From Escherichia phage EcoM2: DNA of 64,000 nt. This document shows positions 60,723 through 64,000 of the stretch, in pieces. The first letter of the stretch is position 1. Every line of letters starts with the position of its first letter. The notes below the pieces were generated by a model. That model searched no databases and was not told where the DNA came from. It worked only from the letters and a program-made list of their open reading frames with translations. The DNA lies in sequence record PQ818761.1; one strand, given 5' to 3'. A program made the translations under genes and the position numbers.

Positions 60723-61022
60723 TTAGTCTGCCAACCTTAAATTGAAATTAACACCAAATTTTTCGCATACTTCCAACATAAACTCAAGAGAGACATTACC
60801 AGTGAGATTGATTATGTTGGATACGCGAGCCTGAGAGATACCACAAATTTTAGCAACTTGCTCTTGAGAAAGACCTCTGGATTTAATCTCTCTCTTAAAA
60901 CGATGTGCAACGAAATCTCTCATTTCGTCTACATCCATTGGACAAATATAACTCTCCATTTCAGCTTCTCTGTCAGCCTCCCAATCATCTTGTGGAGCAT
61001 AAGGGTCAAAAACCTCATTCAT
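60723..61022 (-). CDS. HTH (XRE-like) DNA-binding protein
   Basis: HTH segment LSQEQVAKICGISQARVSNI; start set at ATG (plus 61020-61022); track start 61052 is TTG. Confidence 0.5.
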   Translation of the reverse strand: MNEVFDPYAPQDDWEADREAEMESYICPMDVDEMRDFVAHRFKREIKSRGLSQEQVAKICGISQARVSNIINLTGNVSLEFMLEVCEKFGVNFNLRLAD

Positions 61023-61227
61023 CTTTTTTCTTCCGTTTGCGTGAAGTGTCAATCAATGAATCTATGTTTGTAGCCCTAACCTTTTCACGTTCATCGTTAA
61101 GATAATCATCAAGAGCCTTTTCAATCTGTGAATCATCTTGGCAGATAACTGTAAAGACTGTAAAGCCATCTGTATCGTCAATTATCTTACCATAGCCGCT
61201 TCTGGGATGTAACTTTTTAAGAGCCAT
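61015..61227 (-). CDS. hypothetical protein
   Basis: 70-aa ORF. Confidence 0.4.
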   Translation of the reverse strand: MALKKLHPRSGYGKIIDDTDGFTVFTVICQDDSQIEKALDDYLNDEREKVRATNIDSLIDTSRKRKKKDE

Positions 61228-61228
61228 A

Positions 61229-61612
61229 TCAAATACCTGTGCAGCTTCTGTTTTCTAAGAAATACTCAACACCATACATAGCTTTTTGCATCAAGTCTTC
61301 TTTAAACTGAATACGATGATTGAGCATAGCCTGTACATCAATATCTTCATGGTGCTTCTCTTTAATGTTTGCAGATTGCAGGAAATACTCTGCAAGAACA
61401 CGGTACTGATAGTCAGTTACCTTATCAGTCATCTCTGTTAAAGACTCTTCAGAGATTGGTTTAAGTAACTCACCATTAGTCAAAGCAACACCTTTTACAA
61501 TCTGGCAAGTGTCTTCTGGAACACCTGATAAGTCCACATTTGGGAGTTCTGTTGCATTGACTGGTAAATTCATTGCCATAACCATTGCAGCAGCTAATAA
61601 AATCTTTTTCAT
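61229..61612 (-). CDS. secreted hypothetical protein
   Basis: 127 aa; N-terminal signal peptide (MKKILLAAAMVMAMNLPVNA). Confidence 0.5.
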   Translation of the reverse strand: MKKILLAAAMVMAMNLPVNATELPNVDLSGVPEDTCQIVKGVALTNGELLKPISEESLTEMTDKVTDYQYRVLAEYFLQSANIKEKHHEDIDVQAMLNHRIQFKEDLMQKAMYGVEYFLENRSCTGI

Positions 61613-61679
61613 AATGACCTCAAAGTTATATTAAATTTTGTATTACGTTGAGTATAAAAATAAGCTATAACACCTGACT

Positions 61680-62020
61680 TGTCAACAGATTTTATAGCTT
61701 ATTTGGCAGATTTTTTATAAGGCTACTGCCATCCTTCCATACCAAACCGTTCCCAACCCAACCCTACAGCACCGAGCCAAACCCTACCGAACCGTGCCTA
61801 ACCTGACCTAGCCGTACCTTACCAAACATCGCTTAAAAACCCTCTTAGAAGACGCTTAAGTGATGTAATCGAATTTTAATGTAGCTCCGATTAACTACCC
61901 ATACCTGACCTAACCTGACCTAACCGAACCGAACCAAACCCTACCCCGCCTCACTGTACCTCATTAAAAGACCCTGTTTAAAGACCTTTTAAAAAGGAGC
62001 CTCCGAAGAGGCTACCTAGT
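61680..62020. repeat. ACC-rich dispersed repeat region, copy 1 (promoter-region element)
   Basis: Runs of TACCNNACC/CCTAACC words plus blocks shared with 63120-63430 (CTTAAAAACCCTCTTAGAAGAC.CTTAAGTGATG; TAAAAGACCCT.TTTAAAGACCTTTTAAAAAGG; ATTTTAATGTAGCT..GA.TAACTACCCATACCT). Confidence 0.6.
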
Positions 62021-62024
62021 CAAC

Positions 62025-62465
62025 TTAGAAAGGTTTTCTACGTTGCTTGTTAATGTTAGCTTTCATAGCAGCTAAATGGTTTTGCTGTTCAATTAGTCGT
62101 GAACGTTCTTGGTGGCTAAGTGCCATAGTGTTCACATTCTCAATTGCTTGAGTGGCTTGCTTTAAAGCACGACCAATCTTACCAGACATTTTACGTTTTG
62201 CAATAGTTGCTTGATGCTTAGGTTCAACCACACGATAACCAACACCCATTGAAGCAACCAGATAAATCTTCTCTTCTTTAAGAAGCTTCTCAATAAACTT
62301 CTCAAGTCGGTTTAGACGTGTAAGTGCATAAGCCTTCATTTCATCTTCGTACTTAACAATGTCACCTTGATAAGTTGGCTTCACAATACCTAAGAAGGTG
62401 TCCATCTCAGAATGTGATACAGTGTCACCGTAACTGAACTTTGCTGCTAATGCTTTTGTATTCAT
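62025..62465 (-). CDS. hypothetical protein
   Basis: 146-aa ORF. Confidence 0.5.
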   Translation of the reverse strand: MNTKALAAKFSYGDTVSHSEMDTFLGIVKPTYQGDIVKYEDEMKAYALTRLNRLEKFIEKLLKEEKIYLVASMGVGYRVVEPKHQATIAKRKMSGKIGRALKQATQAIENVNTMALSHQERSRLIEQQNHLAAMKANINKQRRKPF

Positions 62466-62467
62466 AA

Positions 62468-63073
<606 letters not shown>

Positions 63074-63119
63074 TTAGTTGATTGTTAAGTTGTTTGTAAA
63101 GAACCCTCAACAGAAGACT

Positions 63120-63430
63120 CTTTAGAAACTTGGTAGATTTTTAACGTGGCTACTACCATCCACCCATACCAGACCCTACCTTACCACACCTAACCATACC
63201 TAACCAAACTACACCAGACAATACCTTGTTAAAAGACCCTCTTTAAAGACCTTTTAAAAAGGTGAGTCTCATTTTAATGTAGCTGAGACTAACTACCCAT
63301 ACCTCACATCACCATACCTGACCGAACCGGACCCTACCGGACCAGACCTTACCGCGCCTTGCCACACCTTACAACACCAAACATTACTTAAAAACCCTCT
63401 TAGAAGACTCTTAAGTGATGCTGGTGAGTA
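63120..63430. repeat. ACC-rich dispersed repeat region, copy 2
   Basis: Same motif blocks and ACC-rich tract as 61680-62020, same orientation; upstream of the minus-strand operon 62025..63070. Confidence 0.6.
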
Positions 63431-63474
63431 CCCGTTGGTTTATGCTGCTCAGTATACTCACCATATTTTCTATG

Positions 63475-63663
63475 TCAACAACTTTCTAATAAAGTTTTAT
63501 GAAGATTTTGCTTAACGACCCGCCTCACATGCCTGTGCTCTTTCTTAATAAAGAGTGACCTCTTCTTGATAGAGCGCCTATTCTTGTAAGTATTACTAGG
63601 ATACTTATCATGAACCGGACAACAGCTACCCGGATTGGTAAACTTGATAATCTCTCTTTTCAC
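63475..63663 (-). CDS. hypothetical basic protein
   Basis: 62-aa ORF. Confidence 0.35.
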   Translation of the reverse strand: MKREIIKFTNPGSCCPVHDKYPSNTYKNRRSIKKRSLFIKKEHRHVRRVVKQNLHKTLLESC

Positions 63664-63986
63664 TATTCATAATCCCTAATAACTAGCCCGACAGGGAACT
63701 GTAAAGAGCCCTTACGAGTCATCTTCTGGAACTGAACCGTTAAAGGTTTCCCGATAAACTCTTCAGGATGCTCAGCAAGATACTGTTTCTTCTCATGAGT
63801 AGTCTTCCATGAGACATCTACAAAGACGTTAGGAAGAGTCTCTACAACGAACTTGCCATGTCCACGTTTATCAGTCTTGACACCAGTCACTTTAAACTCT
63901 TCAGTGTGCATCTTCTTGTGCTTAATCAAGAAGTATGAACGGTGACAACACTCATAGAAGGAGTCTTCAGAGATTGAACGGTACAT
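63663..63986 (-). CDS. hypothetical protein
   Basis: 107-aa ORF near window end. Confidence 0.45.
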   Translation of the reverse strand: MYRSISEDSFYECCHRSYFLIKHKKMHTEEFKVTGVKTDKRGHGKFVVETLPNVFVDVSWKTTHEKKQYLAEHPEEFIGKPLTVQFQKMTRKGSLQFPVGLVIRDYE

Positions 63987-64000
63987 TGCACCTTCAAACT

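Overview
AT-rich (~40% GC), densely coded segment of a large virulent tailed dsDNA phage genome with a contractile-tail (myovirus-type) late module. Gene content resembles Felix-O1/T4-type phages: a 5'-truncated nicotinamide phosphoribosyltransferase, an rIIA/rIIB-like pair, thymidylate synthase, DHFR, a GH24 lysozyme and a large tRNA array. Layout: (1) 1-10.1 kb, plus-strand early/metabolic genes (NAMPT, rIIA/rIIB-like, secreted SLT-like protein, overlapping spanin-like pair, macro-domain protein). (2) 10.5-17.2 kb, an array of about 16 small genes, each behind one of two conserved promoter/leader modules. (3) 17.2-18.8 kb, a 1.6-kb repeat-rich region with no ORF of 60 aa or more. (4) 18.8-26.4 kb, minus-strand genes including lysozyme and an Ig-repeat protein. 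(5) 26.6-34.2 kb, a Ro60-like vWA protein followed by an array of about 27 tRNA genes interrupted by an HNH endonuclease, a membrane protein and inverted-repeat-bounded structured elements, one with a circularly permuted tRNA-like module (candidate Y-RNA-like RNAs). (6) 34.4-58.1 kb, the late module: terminase, portal, protease/scaffold, capsid, sheath/tube, chaperones with a candidate -1 frameshift site, tape measure, baseplate, and two tail fibers with HxH-repeat tips. (7) 58.1-64 kb, minus-strand genes (ThyA, DHFR, HTH protein) and two copies of a ~300-bp ACC-rich dispersed repeat. All calls are from manual reading of the sequence and ORF track; no database search or structure-prediction tool was run, so tRNA identities and remote-homology calls are provisional.
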